Positions 62,940-64,000 of a DNA stretch of 64,000 nucleotides are shown piece after piece; the stretch's first letter is position 1, and each line of letters begins with the position of its first letter. A model generated the notes under the pieces. It was not told where the DNA came from. It saw only the letters and a list, made by a program, of their open reading frames with translations, and searched no databases. Source of the stretch: an uncultured bacterium (GTDB lineage Bacteria; Zixibacteria; MSB-5A5; UBA10806). Position numbers and translations under genes: made by a program. The DNA lies in the NCBI GenBank assembly GCA_965541585.1, contig CBEUCH010000003.1, positions 96,001-160,000 on the forward strand, written 5' to 3'.

Positions 62940-64000
62940 TTGAAAGCCTGCTGCCTATATCTTGCTTTTACAATAACGATTTTGCCTATCTATGCCCACG
63001 CCGGCTGGACACCGCCAGCGCGGATAAGCGATGAGGGTACATCTTATGCACCGAGGATTGTCGCCAATGGGGATACTTTGCATGTGGTCTATTGGACATC
63101 GCAGGATAGGCCATATTATTTGAGGAGCACGGATAATGGAGACAATTGGGAAGAACCATTTTGCCCGATGGACACGGACACATCCGCAACCGGGGTTTCG
63201 CCCGTAATCAGATCCGAAGGCGGACGTATTTTTATAGTATGGTATAATCGATTCAGAAATAGCGATCGCGTCAACTGGGGCTTTCGCCAGTCAACGGATG
63301 GGGGGGGAGCTGGCATGATATCTCGTACATCTTGCCTGCCGATAACTCAATGCTTCAAAAACATACATTTTCTATAGGGGGCGGTACGATCTATCTTGTA
63401 TACAGCCGTTGGGCCCAGGAGATTATTGTCGAATTCACCAAGAGCACAGACTGGGGCCAGACCTGGACAGAGCCAACGGAGGTCTTGCAAACGGAGCAAA
63501 CGGGGCGATTTGATATGGCAGCGAGGGGCGATACTATTCACGTTGTCTGGGTAGGTAGATTTGATTACGAGCACCGGTGGGAAATCTACCATGTCCGCAG
63601 TACAGATTCTGGCGAAAGCTGGTCTGATAATACTCTGCTATCGACTCCTGATGATCGAGGTTCCAATTCTCCTACAATTTCGATAAACTCAGCGGGGAAT
63701 ATTGCGATTTGTTGGATGGACTATAAGTATTCTCCTTATCTTATAACCGGGGATATTTTCATCAGGTACAGCTACGATGGTGGCGAAAGCTGGACTGAGG
63801 AGGAGCAGCTTACGTCTCATCATCGTGTTCATGCGACGCGAATCTTATGGCAGGATGATTCACTTCATGTTGCTTGGGAGGATTGGCGGAACGAGCAACC
63901 CGACATTTATTACAATTGCAGCACCGATAATGGTTCAACATGGGAGAATGAGCAGATGGTGGAGGATGATCCGGGATCTTCTGAGGATCCCGATCTGGAG
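62940..64000 (+). pseudogene. Secreted Asp-box (BNR/sialidase-like) repeat protein, frameshifted at a G8 tract, runs off window
   Basis: Repeats STDNGDNW, STDGG[G]SW, STDWGQTW, STDSGESW, SYDGGESW, STDNGSTW; frame changes at 63300-63307; second frame open to 64000. Confidence 0.8.

Overview
Mostly core chromosome of a diderm bacterium. The lineage is probably FCB-associated, most like candidate division Zixibacteria; this is inferred from the several T9SS/FlgD-type C-terminal sorting domains and the gene content, not proven. Housekeeping blocks are a complete F1Fo ATP synthase operon (H+-type c subunit), a complete nuoA-N operon, gdhA, dxr-rseP, surE, mtaB, a Fur-family regulator, tRNA-Glu(TTC) and tRNA-Ala(GGC). 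The most unusual region is about 25.7-35.4 kb. There, rseP and a WYL regulator flank an operon (large lipoprotein, FadL/PorV-like beta-barrel, secreted M6 protease, a poly-G-interrupted micro-ORF, a micro-lipoprotein, a C-rich-loop hairpin). That operon converges on an ECF sigma whose zinc-finger anti-sigma is fused to a TonB C-terminal domain. A SigW-like promoter motif precedes the sigma gene, rseP and a TPR gene. Other signals: the same 19-nt palindromic module inserted after ACTTG in two different palindromic repeats 21 kb apart, two poly-G frameshifts, divergent sigma28-like promoters, Rex/CRP-like boxes and several apparently leaderless genes. No CRISPR array, integrase or transposase was seen.
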